A DNA stretch of 64,000 bases from Octopus sinensis (GCF_006345805.1 NC_043013.1:10974001-11038000); one strand, 5' to 3'. Positions 39,914-53,705 are shown, counted from the first letter of the stretch. The notes: generated by a model not told the origin, from the letters alone. Made by a program: numbers and translations.

Positions 39914-40819
39914 CAAGGGTTGCGAAAATAATGGAAACACTTAGCATCAGAGCATCATAATTTTGAAATATCTATAAAACCTTCAAAAGCTAGTTTGTAA
40001 TTTTTATGTTTTTTGATTTATTGTTAGTGTTGCTAAAATTGCTGTTTCTTTTCTGATATCATCAGGAAAAGGCAATTAAAATTCAAAGTCGGATTTCACG
40101 GGAGAGCTGCAATCAGAAAACCACTACTTTCAAAAATAAACGTTGCAAAGCGTTTAGAGTGGAGTAAAATCCTACAGAATTGGTCCCTAGGGGAGTGGAA
40201 GAATGTTATTTTCGCGGACATGTCATCCTTTACTTTATTTCCGACCACCGGCTGAGTATACGTGTGGAGACTGCCATCTTCCAACTGTTAAACATGGAGG
40301 AGGATCTGTGACAATCTGGGGGTCTATATCTTGGAAATCCACCGGCCCAATGGTTTTTCTTCATGGCAAAATTTATAGTAAGAATATTTAAGCATTTTAT
40401 CTCATCAAATTCATCCGATGGCTGCGGAATTGTTTCCGGACGGAAACGCAGTCTTTTAGGATGATAATGCACCAATTCACACAGCTGAAGGTATTACTGA
40501 ATGTCACGTGGTATATATTGTAGTGAAGTTGAACATCTTATCTGGCCACCACCGTCCCCAGATCTCAATATTATTGAACATTTATGGTGCATTTTAGAAA
40601 AAAACAAGCAAGGAATCCGATATCTTCCACCTACATCACTACAAGAACCGGAGACTTTTAGTTGAAGAATGAACAAAAAATTCCTTTGGAAACAATTCAA
40701 ATTTTGTACGAGTCATCATCTCGTAGAATTCAAGCTGTAATTACTGCCATAGGCGGTCCTACCCCATATTAAATTAAATTTGTTTGAAATTTTAAGGTGT
40801 TTCTATTATTTTGTCCAAC

Positions 40820-40824
<5 letters not shown>
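39914..40824 (+). mobile_element. Internally deleted Tc1 transposon with both TIRs
   Basis: TIRs caagggttgcgaaaataatggaaacac / gtgtttctattattttgtccaacccct in TA context; motifs GRAAIRKPLL, WKNVIFAD, TVKHGGGSVTIWG, F*DDNAPIH, WPPPSPDLNIIEHLW, RRIQAVITAIGGPTPY*. Confidence 0.93.
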
Positions 40825-40856
<32 letters not shown>

Positions 40857-42219
40857 CGTATGTATGTAAACTATTTCCAAGTATATTTGTGTCTAAGAAT
40901 GTGTGTGTAAGTGTGTGATGTTTGTGTTGCACTTATTAATATAATTATATTGATTTCACATTTGAGTTCATGTAAGCATTTGAGCTTTGCGTAACTTCAG
41001 CCACTTTTTCCTATTTATTATGGCATTTATCCTGTTCTTAGCAAATGACACAGTACGCACTGAAGTGTTATGCAAAATATAATATAATATTTTAAATTAT
41101 AAAATCTTTTTGGTCAGAAATTCAGTATGGATTCTGTTTAGGACCGATATTTAATCACTCATATAAACACACACACACACACACGCGCGCGCGCACGCAC
41201 AAATATATATATATATATTTATATATACATATACACACAAACATATAGTGATTAGATGGATAGTAAAAACGACAACTCGATAAATAAGGATATTAATCAG
41301 TACACGCTCTCTCACACACACGCTCGCACCAACACATACATCCATATTGGGTGTGATTCAAGATTCAATTTCAATAGATGAGAATTATAATTATTGCTAC
41401 TATATTTACAAGGCTCGAAATTATGGGGTGAGATCAATTGGTGAGGATGAGCTGCGCTAATGAATGGTTCTTATTTTATTGGATCCCTCGTTACCTCGAT
41501 TCGGTGATAATTTAGAACGTAAACATATGCCACGAAACAGTTCATATTTGTGTCATGTACTCTGTAGATTGTACTAATCGATCACCGTAAGAGCAAAATG
41601 AAATATCCTACAGAAGAAATATATACATCGAAGGACAATATACAACTCTTAGATACCAAGCTTGTTATATATGATATAACTGAACAACGGATACTCAGCA
41701 TCCATTATCAAAATTGTGGTTGATAACGAAATCGAAATATGACTAGCGCCTCTTCCAGCACTACCACTTGCTTTCTAAGCGTAGCAATAAACTTCTGATT
41801 TTAAAAATTTGAATCTTTATGCAACAATCTGCCTGCTGATCCCTAGGGAGTCACTGAATGCACAAAGCAATTGCAGCCCTTCTTTGGAAAACGTTCACTT
41901 AGGATTGTACCAACACACAACTGTCATGTATGCACCCTGGTTAATTGTTCTGGCCAAAATTGGGTATTAGGCTTAAGTGCCTTGATGGTGTATGGCATTA
42001 TGTAAAAGATATTTGGCGTACTTTCTAAAACGTACCTCCATACTGAAGAAAGCATTGGTACCAATGTTATCTTATTTTCGAAAATATCCGAAGAAATATC
42101 GTAGCTAGCACATCGGGGGCACTATGAAAACCACAAAGAGAGGAAATAGTGGAGATCTGGGGATTAAACTGAATATTATAACACCTGGACTTTACTATCA
42201 CGTATAGTAGGACTCATAA

Positions 42220-42430
42220 GATTAGTTAACCGGCTTCCATCTCGTAAAAGTGACCAAGCTACCAAGGTCTCCTTTTAAAGGAACCCAGAGTGTAGCAGGT
42301 TTACTTATTTGCAGTTGAATAGGCGGAAGCAGTGGGGAATGAAATGCTTTGCTCAAGAACCCAACGCCCCCGGCCGGTCCAGGAATCGAATGGTGCGATC
42401 GTGATTGCAACGTTTAAATCATTAGTCCAC
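42220..42430 (-). mobile_element. Old SINE fragment
   Basis: gaaatgctttgctcaagaac..aacgc...ccggtccaggaatcgaa is the reverse of a tRNA-SINE head and body. Confidence 0.55.
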
Positions 42431-42649
42431 TACTTTGCATGGATCAAATTGGACAGCATCATTAAAAAGTTAACACCGAACGTCATCAGTAGACACCAAT
42501 GATACGGCGTAATTTGTGGCAAAATGGTGTGATACAACAATTGACGCAGCAAACTGGTGATAAAATATTATGGAACATTATCAGTGTTACAATAATGCAT
42601 CACATAATTTTTCTTAAGCAGTAGTTTTTACAAAATCGTACAGTGAGAG

Positions 42650-42757
42650 TAAGGCTGCCAGGTATCAGAAACGTTAGCACGCCGGACGAAATGCATAGCG
42701 GTATGTCGTCTCTCTTTACCTTCTGAGTTCAAATTCCGCCGAGGTCGACTTTATCTT
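42650..42757 (+). mobile_element. 3'-truncated SINE family B
   Basis: cagaaacgttagcacgccggacgaaatgc...ttctgagttcaaattccgccgaggtcgacttt. Confidence 0.85.
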
Positions 42758-43569
42758 TAAGTAAAGAAATAAGAAACGAGGTGAAGGAAAAAACAATGGT
42801 ACAATGATAGTGGTAGTAATTTACACAATTAGAGGTGTAATGACTTGACAAATAACTAGAGCTAGAATGGTATAGTACAATACATGTTGTATGACCAGTA
42901 TCACACAGAATAATGGGAAGTAGGGTGGTATGACAGAACAAATGGAGATACAATAGTATATCACATATAGGCACCTACAAATTTCATGCGTTAACATTTA
43001 AACTGACCATATTCAACTCAAGTATTCTACGCATTTTATGTTCGAAACTGTTAGATCCGACCTCACATCCCTACTGCAAAACGGTATTTTAAAATATCAC
43101 AACATCAAGCTCTAGAAGCTAAGAGATAATGCATGATTAATTCAAAGCTATGTGAATAAACAAGCATTATATTTGACAGAATAATCTGAATGCTAAAGGG
43201 TTAAAGTAGATTAGAAAAAAAATCGAGAAAGAAAGCGTGTTACGTGATCAAGATAGGAAGTAAAGTGAATAACAAAACAAGAGGGGATCACTGTGCTTGC
43301 TTTGAAAGAGGAAGGACGAAAGAAGCAAACGGAAATACTGATCGTGGTTGCGTAGTAATTTACCTTTTTGATTTATTCAATAAAAATATTCATTTATAAC
43401 ATCAGCACGAAGTTATAAATTTTGAGGGAAGTGTACAATCAGTTAAATCGATCGTTGCTGGTACACAAGTATTTGTTTTAACCAAATACAAAGCCATTAA
43501 ATTTTCCTCAGACTTACTAGAATAAACAGCGAAATCTCACTCAGATCAGACCTTGATGCTTTTAAATGA

Positions 43570-43613
<44 letters not shown>

Positions 43614-43627
43614 GTATGTATATATAT

Positions 43628-43869
43628 CACAGTGATCACCGTAACCAACCAGGCTATCAGATGTTGCTACACATCGCTGGTCACAATGCGCTTCGCATTG
43701 TTTTACCTTTCAAATGACGCCACCTCGCTGGCTTAGCGAGCAGGCCAACAGAAGCTTCGTGGAACTTTAGGTATTTTCGCTCAATAAACACTCACAACGC
43801 TCGATCTGGGAATCGAAACCGCGATCCTACGACTGCGAGTCCGCTGCCCTAACCACTTGGCCATTGCGC
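43628..43869 (-). mobile_element. SINE family C (tail variant 2), internally deleted
   Basis: Same head as 52347; tail matches 58693-58800. Confidence 0.88.
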
Positions 43870-43870
43870 T

Positions 43871-43917
<47 letters not shown>

Positions 43918-44977
43918 GATTAAAAAAAACATATGTGGAGAAAACACGGTGTAGTCTCTGATTGTCTCTGATTGTAGATATGCGCCGTCGTGATTCGTGG
44001 TTATACATGTTGGCACAAATTCACGATCTCTTATACGAAATTCTGTAAAGCAAAATGTTAAAAAAAACCGACAGATTTTTCACGAAGTTCGTCTGCATAA
44101 CATCTCTTCTATTTGGCGCTATATTGAGCTGGGTGTGACCTAAACTCAACACAGGCCATACAGTTGACACCAAACATAACCAAAATTGTCCCACAGTCAA
44201 CACATGCAGCTTGTGGCTCGGAGCTCCCCCCAGGAAGATGTGCTTCTGCTGCGCGCTGATATTTTTTCAATGTTTTGTGATTCTGTCACATTGGAAATGT
44301 TGAAAAGGGCTGCAGATTCCCCAATACCTAACACTGAGAAACAAAAAAGGAACTGTGTGTCATTGTTGATATCACAGACAACTATCACATTATTTGACAT
44401 AAACAAAGAGAAAGATAAATTGCTTAAGATTTAGCGTGAAAATATTGGGCAGAAATAATAATAAGAAATTTGCATTGGGCAATATGTATTCTGGAAGGAT
44501 GCATTCGTGAAAGATGAAGCAAAGATCCTAGCAGAATTGGAACTCAAAAAGTGGAGAGGTAACTAAATACAATATGGTTTGTTGCTAGACACTCCGCTGG
44601 ATTCTGTCAATCCAACATTCTTCATGGCAAACTACCATATACTATTGTGCGTATAACAAACCAAATGAAATTGTTAACTACACGGTGTGTGTCGATGTAT
44701 TTAGGAAGGAATAAAATAAAGTCTACAACGGAAGACTATGTAAGATACAGAAAATATCATATCTATGATACCATGTTAATAGGGAATTTGGCTCAAACAT
44801 GGAAGAAAATAGCCTGATATCCAATCAGAATCTATTATCACATTATATTACGGTAAAAAATCATTTGGGGAATTCTGTATGCAAGCTGATCATGCAATGA
44901 ATGCGTTTACCCAGTCATATATAAAATAACAAATATAGACAATGATGAACCATATAATCTATTATTCTAAATGTGTG

Positions 44978-45022
<45 letters not shown>

Positions 45023-46247
45023 TCAATTTCAGTAAGCGATGCCTCAAGACACTCTCACATCGCAGTGAACTCAAATTTGAAGGTTATAATAAGTGTATAT
45101 ATATATATACATATATATGAGGGAAAGAGAGAAAGAGAGAGATTGAGTGTGTGAGTTTGTGTGTGCGTGTATGTGTGTGAGAGAATGTATGTTTTTGAGG
45201 GAGAGAGAGCTTATGTGTGCTTGTGTGTCAGAGAGAAAGTAAGAGAGGAAAAGAGACAGAAAGAGAAGGAGAGTAAGCGAGAGAAAGAGAGAGAGAGAGA
45301 GAGAGAGGAGAATCGACGGTACCCCAGCTCCACAGAGATAGGTTCATATTTTCTTAATCAATACTAAACGACTGAATAGCTGAACTTGACCTCGACACCA
45401 AGATTCGAACTCAAACTGCAAAGATCCGGAACAATTATCACAAATCATTTCTTTGTTGTAGACCAAACCACCATGTTTATATTTTAGAGCGTGTTTATGT
45501 GTAGGCATTTGTAAATTTATACTGTGGTTGCTTATTTTTTGCTTCTCCAATATATCACGAAGCATATATAATTCATCTGAGGCTTGTGTAATGATTCGCT
45601 ATCACCTTTTATGTAATCAATCAGGTGTTATTCTGTGGATCATCGATTTTATTCACATGGGAGGAGGACTTGAAGAATTTGTTATCAACATTAATAAAAT
45701 GTTTTGCCAGATGGCAGAAAGCATTAACTTAAAATGTAACATTTGCAACAACGGCGTGTAAGAGGTCTTTCTTCATCTCTGACTTCCGTGTGATCTTTCA
45801 TCTATAATTGATCCATAACCACCTACCTGAACAAGACACCATACATAATAACGCGTGCGCACAAATACACACACACGCGTGAATATTTAGTTAATTCTCT
45901 ATCAAACACCTATGTATGTGTGTGTATTTGTTTTGTTTTTTTTGCTCATGTAGTTGTAGGTGTGCCTGCGTGTATGTATAAACCACTGTCTGCACGAATT
46001 CACATAAAAAAAAAATGGCGTTTGAGTTGCTGTTGCAGACGACAACGAATGAATTCAGTGTTTTTGTTGTCGTCGCTATCGCTGTTCAAGCTATGGCCGT
46101 CGTCACCGTCGTCGTTGATATGATTTTATTTCTCGTGTTCCTTCTTCAAGTATTGTGGTTGATGATATCGTTTAATCGACCCTTCTTAGAATTACTGGGC
46201 TTTTACCTAACTTTGAAACAATCATTATTATTATATTATTATTATTA

Positions 46248-46299
<52 letters not shown>

Positions 46300-46800
46300 G
46301 TGAGAGAGCAGTGCACGCCATCAAAGTGACACTGGGGTAAAATATACGAAGCCCAGTATACCCATCATGACTACCCGTCTGATAAGGGTACACTAGGCAC
46401 ATGCATCACAACCATATGTGCGCGACATGGTGATCTCATATCAAGATAAACAACACATGACCTTGCAGGTGGGGCCCAGTTAGAATTTTGTTCTGGTCGA
46501 GTAACCCATCCCGCTCAAAAGGTCCCTGAATAATGGTTGTTTAAGGATGTTGAACGAAACACCCCTGTTTCCAAAGGTGAATTATTCAAACCCCAAAGAA
46601 TCCCTCTCAACACATGGCTGTGATGCTCCCCCACTACTTCTGCTCGTGATCAGAGATGCACATATCGTCAGCCACTAAGGGACATGCTCAACTGGTTAAG
46701 GTCAAACAACTGACAAGCAAATCTGTGGTATTGAGCAGAATATTTGCTGTAGCCCATCTTTTATACCAAGACAAAACAATGTACATGATAACACTTGCAA
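46300..46800. mobile_element. ~500-bp non-coding element inserted between (ATT)n and (ATC)n/(ATT)n tracts
   Basis: Sharp boundaries within trinucleotide microsatellites; higher GC; no meaningful ORF; adjacent to an R4/Dong 3' end. Confidence 0.6.
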
Positions 46801-46830
46801 TCATCATCATCCTCCTCATCATCATCATCA

Positions 46831-46894
<64 letters not shown>

Positions 46895-46909
46895 CATTAT
46901 TATTATTAT

Positions 46910-47090
46910 CTTTGCACATCTAACGCTGGAGATGTACTACAGTGCCAGCCGTTCACTACCTGTGAACTAAGGTAACACCCTTTATTTTTCGAGCACCATC
47001 CAGAGTATTCGAGCAGTTCCAAGCAGTGCTATTTTCTGCAAGTGCTGCACCTTTAATGTAGCCCATATTTGTTCCATGTACTTCTCAAGT
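46910..47090 (-). mobile_element. R4/Dong-clade LINE 3' end abutting (TAA)n
   Basis: Minus translation LEKYMEQIWATLKVQHLQKIALLGTARILWMVLEK* (LQKxxLLGTARILR motif); short 3' UTR running into (TAA)n. Confidence 0.85.
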
Positions 47091-47202
47091 ACGACCGTTA
47101 ATTGCCCTTTATCTACTGTGTGCCATATTTTGCATTTATTCAAACAAAATCAGCAGAGTACGCTTACGAACAGGCACACAAATGTGCACACACACACATA
47201 CA

Positions 47203-47245
<43 letters not shown>

Positions 47246-47779
47246 GCAGACACTCAGTGACAGATACACACAACAGAGAAGGAAACAAACACATCAAAAT
47301 CTCAGATACATTTGCCATAAACACATCAAAACATACTTCGTAACCCGATATCGATTATTTGATAAAATCTCATTGATCTTCACACCATCGTCGATATATA
47401 ACACGCTTGTACTTGATAACCCTGCTGTTACGTCATGGTTTTCTCTTCATTGTAAACACATGCAATAGTTGTGGCATGGGCATGCTTATCAGAACATCAC
47501 ATACTAACACATCTACTGAAACTAAATTTTACACGAATATATGAAACCGTTAAAGGAGTAAGTATCTATGCAGTAACTCAACGAGCTAGAAATAGCAGCT
47601 AAATACCTTAGATTTAATATCCTACTTCTTGTCGTAAAAGGGAAATGATAATGGTTGAAATGTCTTTTAAAACTTAATCAGTTTTGACCTGGAGATTGAA
47701 CAACTGTAGTTATTATCGCCGTTTAAATATAACTATACAAGGAATGTGAATTTACAATTAAAATACATTAAAATACAGA

Positions 47780-47934
47780 AGTGACTGTGTGATAAGTGGC
47801 TTGCTTACAAACCACTTGGTTCCGGGTTCAGTCCCACTGCGTGGCACCTTAGGCAAGTGTCTTCTACTATAGCCTCGGGCCGACCAAAACCTTGTGAGTG
47901 GATTTGGTAGTCGGAAACTGAAAGAAGTCCGTCG

Positions 47935-47984
<50 letters not shown>

Positions 47985-48183
47985 AATGTGTTTGTTTCCC
48001 CCGATATAGCTTGACAACCGATGCTGGTGTGTTTACGTCCCCGTAACCTAGCGGTTCGGCAAAAGCGACCGATAGAATAAGTACTAGGCTTACAAAGAAT
48101 AAGTCTTGGGGTCAATTTGCTCGACTAAAGGCGGTGCTCCAGCATGGCCACAGTCAACTGACTGAATCAAGTAAAGAGAGAGT
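47780..48183 (+). mobile_element. SINE family A
   Basis: Same consensus as 31269-31680; followed by a second decayed head at about 48195-48320. Confidence 0.92.
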
Positions 48184-48329
48184 AATACATACAGCATGTG
48201 CACAGACGTGGCTGTCTGGTAGTAAGTTTGCTCACCACACATGGTTTCACTGTGGGAAAGTGTCTTCGACTATAACCTCAAATCGACTAAAGACGTGTTG
48301 GTGGATTTGGATGACGGTTAGTCTGTTCC

Positions 48330-49478
48330 AAAAGCGCTCCACGCGTAGCAAGCCATCGGACGTCTCCATACTGGTCAATATACATGGATCATTGCTAATG
48401 ACTTGAACTGCAGTATTCGGACAACTGAGCGGCTGAGGGAACGATATAATGCCAGAAACAGCACGGATGATTGTCCACTCAGTAGCCGATCGATGCCTAG
48501 AACGGCACGTCAAGATTGCCACCTGCACCGACAGAACATGCAGGACCGGTTCTGTAGGGCAACAGAATCACCTAAGCAGACCGTAGGGACTCACCACAGA
48601 CCCATTTGTGCAGAAACATTTCGCCGCCGGCTGAGATCTTTCAAACTGTCTTGGGCATGTCTTCAGTGGGCTCAAAAACGTCAGAACTGGCGATGTCAGT
48701 AGCAGAAGACTGGAGTCTTCTCTGACAAAAGTCGATATTGCATCTCTGTGGCAGATGGCAGAGCTAGAGTTTGGAGAAGAAGGAGTGAACATCATACCGA
48801 TGGCTGTGTGGTAGAGTGAAACTCATGGAGAGGACAGAGCGTCATGGTATAGCATCATGGTATGGCATCATGGTATGGAACGGAATTGCACTGAACCAGA
48901 AACTTGGACCGGTGATCTTACAAAGCATCGGTCAAGGTCGGAGTAATGGAGTAGCTGCTCGCTACATCGACTAAATATTGATGCTTGCCCGGCATCGGAA
49001 TATGTGTTCCAACACGACAACGCCCGTATACATACTGTCAGGTTGACAACAAACTTCCTCCAACAGCACAACATCCAGGCACTGCCATGGCTTGCTCTAA
49101 GTCCGGACTCGAATCCCATACAGTACCTGTAGGATGAAATCCAAAGAAGGCTAAATGACAACTGTACAAGTCCAACAATTACAACACAACTCACAGCAAG
49201 TTTTAACAGTGTGGGCTGCTATCCCCATGGCCGTCATTAATCGTTTGGTACATTCAAAGTACAGAAGACGCCTGGCGGTAATCAACGCTAACGGTGGTCA
49301 AACGAGCTATTGAGTTCATCTTTTTGGCTCTATGACACTCTGTCATCACGTGACACTATGTAACATCAAACATGTTTCAAGAAATGACGTTTCATCATTA
49401 GGAAAGAACGGTTTCTTAATTAGCACTCGTCAATCAATGCTATTATAGCCTGTTAATAAAGCGGTTTCTATTTTAGTA
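48330..49478 (+). pseudogene. Near full-length decayed Tc1 transposase with 3' flank
   Basis: AIGRLHTG...RTARQD, FSDKSRYC...RVWRRRSE, YVFQHDNARIHT, LPWLALSPDSNPIQYL*D, RRRLAVINANGGQTSY* (stop 49311-49313). Confidence 0.9.
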
Positions 49479-49512
49479 TGTGTGCGACTGCGACGTTTCT
49501 TTTGTGGTTTAG

Positions 49513-49546
<34 letters not shown>

Positions 49547-50017
49547 CATATATATGCATACATATATGTATGCATGTGCGTATATGTCTGTGTTTGCCCT
49601 TTGTCACTGCGTGATGACCGGCGTCGTTTTCTTTACGTCCTCGTACCGGTTCGACAAAAAGAAGCGAAAGGGTAGATACCAGACTAGGTACCAGAATCGA
49701 TTTCATCGTCTAAAACCATCGAAGGCGGTTCACCAACATGACACCTCCAATGATAGAAACAACTAAAAGATAAAAGATCTTAATGATAAGTTAAAGTGCG
49801 TGGTCAAATGGTTAGTGTGTTCGACATCTGGTTTTACTAACATAATAATACAAATACACAGAAGCACACAACATACACACACACATGTGCATGTACGCAC
49901 AGACACACACACAGAAACACACACACACACAGACTGTGTCAGCAGATTGACCATAAAATGATTGTAAGCGTAAACAGATAAACATCTATTTTCTTGGCTG
50001 AGTCCAAATTGGTCATA

Positions 50018-50043
50018 TGAGAGAGAGAGAGAGAGAGAGAGAG

Positions 50044-50079
<36 letters not shown>

Positions 50080-50111
50080 ATATTATAGAGATAGATAGAT
50101 AGATAGATAGG

Positions 50112-50171
<60 letters not shown>

Positions 50172-50328
50172 CAGATGGTATATTTCTTTACTACCTACAA
50201 GGGGCTAAACACGAGGGGACAAACAAGGACAGACAAACGGATTAAGTCGATTACATCGACCCCAGTGCGTAACTGGTAGATAATTTATCGACTCCGAAAG
50301 GATGAAAGGCAAAGTCGACCTCGGCGGA

Positions 50329-50420
<92 letters not shown>
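50018..50420. repeat. (GA)n/(GATA)n tract interrupted by a 5'-truncated minus-strand SINE B at about 50180-50330
   Basis: GATA repeats on both sides of the SINE B 3' half. Confidence 0.9.
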
Positions 50421-50422
<2 letters not shown>

Positions 50423-50999
50423 TATAGAGAAAAGGAGAGAGACGGAGCGGTTAAACATTTAATGCAAATCAATGCTGATCCTCGTAGAATTTGCACTTTG
50501 TACAGATATCTTCCAATCAAGAAGATGTTTTCTGGCTTGCCATAAGAGTAACCAAATATTTTACAAGGTACTAAGTGCCAGAGGTAATATATTTGTCAGA
50601 AAAAAAGGAAAAGAATTCTGATCGGTGCCACAGTATCACCGCCGTCTAAATACAGAGACCTGTAAAGTAATATAACAGAGCAGTTGAGCATATATAATGA
50701 ATAAATATGTCTTCAGAATCGAATATGTAATTACTGTCGCAGAGAAATAAATTTACTTCAGTGATTAGATCGCAGTTTTGCTTTATTCTTTATATTTCAT
50801 ATTTTATCTTTTATTTTTTTCGGCCTCAGGCAAGGAAGGATTCATTTGTAATATACCGTCTGATGGTGTATATGGATTCGCTTACATGCTTCTTTCCGAT
50901 TTGTTGAAGCGAACGATAATTTATTATTAAATATATACATGTGAATATGTATATTATGCGAGTGTATATATTTTTGTGCTATACAGTAGTACAATACAA

Positions 51000-51190
51000 T
51001 CAATCTTTTTTTTTTCCTTTATCGTTCCAGTGATTGAGTTTCGACTATCGACTATGCTGGGTGGGGCACCGCCTTGAGGGTGTTTAGTCGAACAAATCGA
51101 CTCCAGTACTTAATCATTTTTTAAAGTCATATCGTATCGATCTCTCGAGCCGAACCTCTAAGTCAGACAAGCGTAAACAAACCAAGACTG
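51000..51190 (-). mobile_element. Decayed SINE A-related 3' half
   Basis: atgctgg..gcaccgccttg...tttagtcgaacaaatcgac.ccagtactt. Confidence 0.65.
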
Positions 51191-51320
51191 CTTATTGAGC
51201 GGGAAAAGAAACAGGCACACAAAAAAACATACCTGTATATGTACATGCATGAATGTATATGCGTGTATGTATGTATACACACACACACATGAATATAAGA
51301 CAGAAAGACGGATTTTCTAA

Positions 51321-51555
51321 AGGCGGCGAGATAGCAGAATCGTTAGCATGTTGGACGAAATGCTTAGCGGTATCTCGTCTGCCGCTATGTTCTAAGTTCA
51401 AATTCCGCCGGAGGCCGACTTTGCCTTTCATCATTTCGGGGTCGATTAAATAAGTACCAGTTACGCACTGGGGTCGATATAATCGACTTAATCCGTTTGT
51501 CTGTCCTTGTTTGTCCCATCTATCTTTAGCCCCTTGTGGGCAGTAAATAAATAGG
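51321..51555 (+). mobile_element. SINE family B, full length
   Basis: AGGCGGCGAGATAGCAGAATCGTTAGCA...AGTTCAAATTCC...TTTGCCTTTCATC...TTTAGCCCCTTGTGGGCAGTAAATAAATAG. Confidence 0.93.
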
Positions 51556-51700
51556 AAAGACGGATTTCCATAAATTTCTCGCCCACTAAATGCACACGCA
51601 AAAATTGGCCGGTTTTGGGCAACAGAAGACGACTATTTCCCTAAACTGAATCTCGTCTCTGTGAAGTCTGCTTCAACTTTTAGCCAAAAATGTAAACATA

Positions 51701-53125
51701 CAGGGTGCGAGGGATATTTGAGCACAGTTTTGGTATACAATAAAACCCCTATATTTCAGCATAAACAAATAAGTATTTGAATAAACAGTTGTGCAGTTAG
51801 TCTTGATAATGATTTTTTTAAAGCAAATTATTCTATGAAACCATCTTCGGCTCCGATGACTGCTTCAAATACGGGACAGAAACCGCTGGCATGCTGTCAC
51901 TATATGGTCCTTATTTATATCGGACATCAGTGGACAAAGGTATTATGAAGATGACTATTAGTCTCTCAAAAGCCCTCTGAACGTAGTAGTCCATGTGGTT
52001 CAAATCAGGCGAGTTTGGAGGCCATACATTGTGTGTTGCATAATCGTAAAGATTATCTGAAAACCATTCTTGGGTGACTAGGGCTTTGTGAGAATGTGCT
52101 GAGTCTTGTTGAAACACGTATGACCTTCCATTACATACTTCGTCAATGCAAGGGTTCATAACAGTTTCCAGTACCTCAATGTATCCAGCAACATTAATTA
52201 TAAAACCATGTGGAAAAAAGTGGGTTTTATATCACTCACAACTCCAAAAACCATCACAGTTGCTAGAAAAGTTCGTGTGCATTACTCTGGGTACTTCCGA
52301 AGGATCTGCACAGAATCACCTGTCATTTCTTCTGTTAGACTTTTGAGTGGAGGCGCAATGGCCCAGTGGTTGGGGCAGCGGACTCGCGGTCATAGGATCG
52401 CGGTTTCGATTCCAAGACCGGGCGTTGTGAGTGTTTATTGAGCGAAAACACCTAAAAGCTCCACGAGGCTCCAGCAGGGGATGGTGGTGATCCCTGCTGT
52501 ACTCTTTCCCCACAACTTTCTTTCACTCTTTCTTCCTGTTTCTGTTGTACCTGTATTTCAAAGGGCCGGCCTTGTCACTCTCTGTGTCACGCTGAATATC
52601 CCAGAGAACTACGTTAAGGGTACACGTGTCTGTGGAGTGCTCAGCCACTTACACGTTAATTTCACTAGCAGGCTGTTCCGTTGATTCGGATCAACCGGAA
52701 CCCTCATTGTCGTAACCGACGGAGTGCTTCCATAGACTTTTGAACATGGCCAAATATTTTTTTGTCATAGAAAAACCAAAGCATGCCTTGTTCATGAGGG
52801 TTTTTCATTTTGTTAAGTAACCGTTTTGAACGGATGAGATGGTTTTCTTGTGTCTTTGCAGACATGAATTGGTCTTTCCTCATTACATAGAAGTTGGATC
52901 GAATGTCACGGTGAACCACAGTTCTGGTAGTCCACTCTGACACCTGAAGTTCTTTAGCAATGAACCCCATTGATCTCCTGGGGTTTTCATCTATAATGTT
53001 TTGAACACGTTTTATAAATTCCAGTGTCTGAGCGTTGTGAATGTTTCTTTCTCTCTTTGATACAGATGAAACATTAACATCACATGCCTCCAATTCCAAC
53101 CGATCTTTGTCTACCTTGCAACTTT
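51701..53125 (-). mobile_element. DD37D (maT-like) transposon remnant split by a SINE
   Basis: Minus ORFs ...ENPRRSMGFIAKELQVSEWTTRTVV...WFFYDKK and YVFQQD-(37 aa)-D ending WPPNSPDLNHMDY; TA|cagggtg end at 51701. Confidence 0.92.
52347..52732 (+). mobile_element. SINE family C (tail variant 3), full length, 11-bp TSD
   Basis: TSD TAGACTTTTGA at 52336-52346 and 52733-52743; A box TGGCCCAGTGG, B box GGTTTCGATTCC. Confidence 0.95.
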
Positions 53126-53129
53126 TCAA

Positions 53130-53310
53130 TTCCTAGACCGGACGGTGCGCTGTGTTCCTGAGCAAAGCGCTTCATCCCACGTCGCTCTGCGATCGCTGCG
53201 ACAGCTGATGCGTAGTACATATTGCACCTGTTCAGAAAGCGTCGATTCTATGGAGAGAGTGAGCTAATGTGCGCCACGAACACTTGATCACAATAAACAT
53301 ATCGTTCGGC
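53130..53310 (+). mobile_element. Old SINE fragment
   Basis: agaccggacggtgcgctgtgttcctgagcaaagcgcttcat is a SINE-type post-tRNA segment. Confidence 0.5.
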
Positions 53311-53508
53311 ACAAACCTAAGTTTCTATTTGTATATGCGGGTGTGTGTGTGTCTGTGTGTGTATTTGTGTGGATGTATGTATGTATGTATGTATATATAC
53401 ACAAATATATATTTATGTGTGTATATATATTTATACAGAGAGAAAAAGAGATAGATACATATATATATATATATTTCTCTTTGGGACCTATTTGTAGTAT
53501 ATATATAT

Positions 53509-53543
<35 letters not shown>

Positions 53544-53671
53544 TTAAAAATAGGATAAAATCTTTATATGAATTTATATAGTAGCTAACTACTTGATAAA
53601 TTCTTATAAAGGTTTTATCCTATTTTTAAATTGTAAATTTCGCCGGAGTATTTGAATATATATATATATAC

Positions 53672-53705
<34 letters not shown>

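Noticed and set aside
52347-52420. tRNA-like sequence (also at 30100, 20187, 31269 and 39459)
   Set aside because: SINE heads with A and B boxes but no proper acceptor stem; each continues into a SINE body
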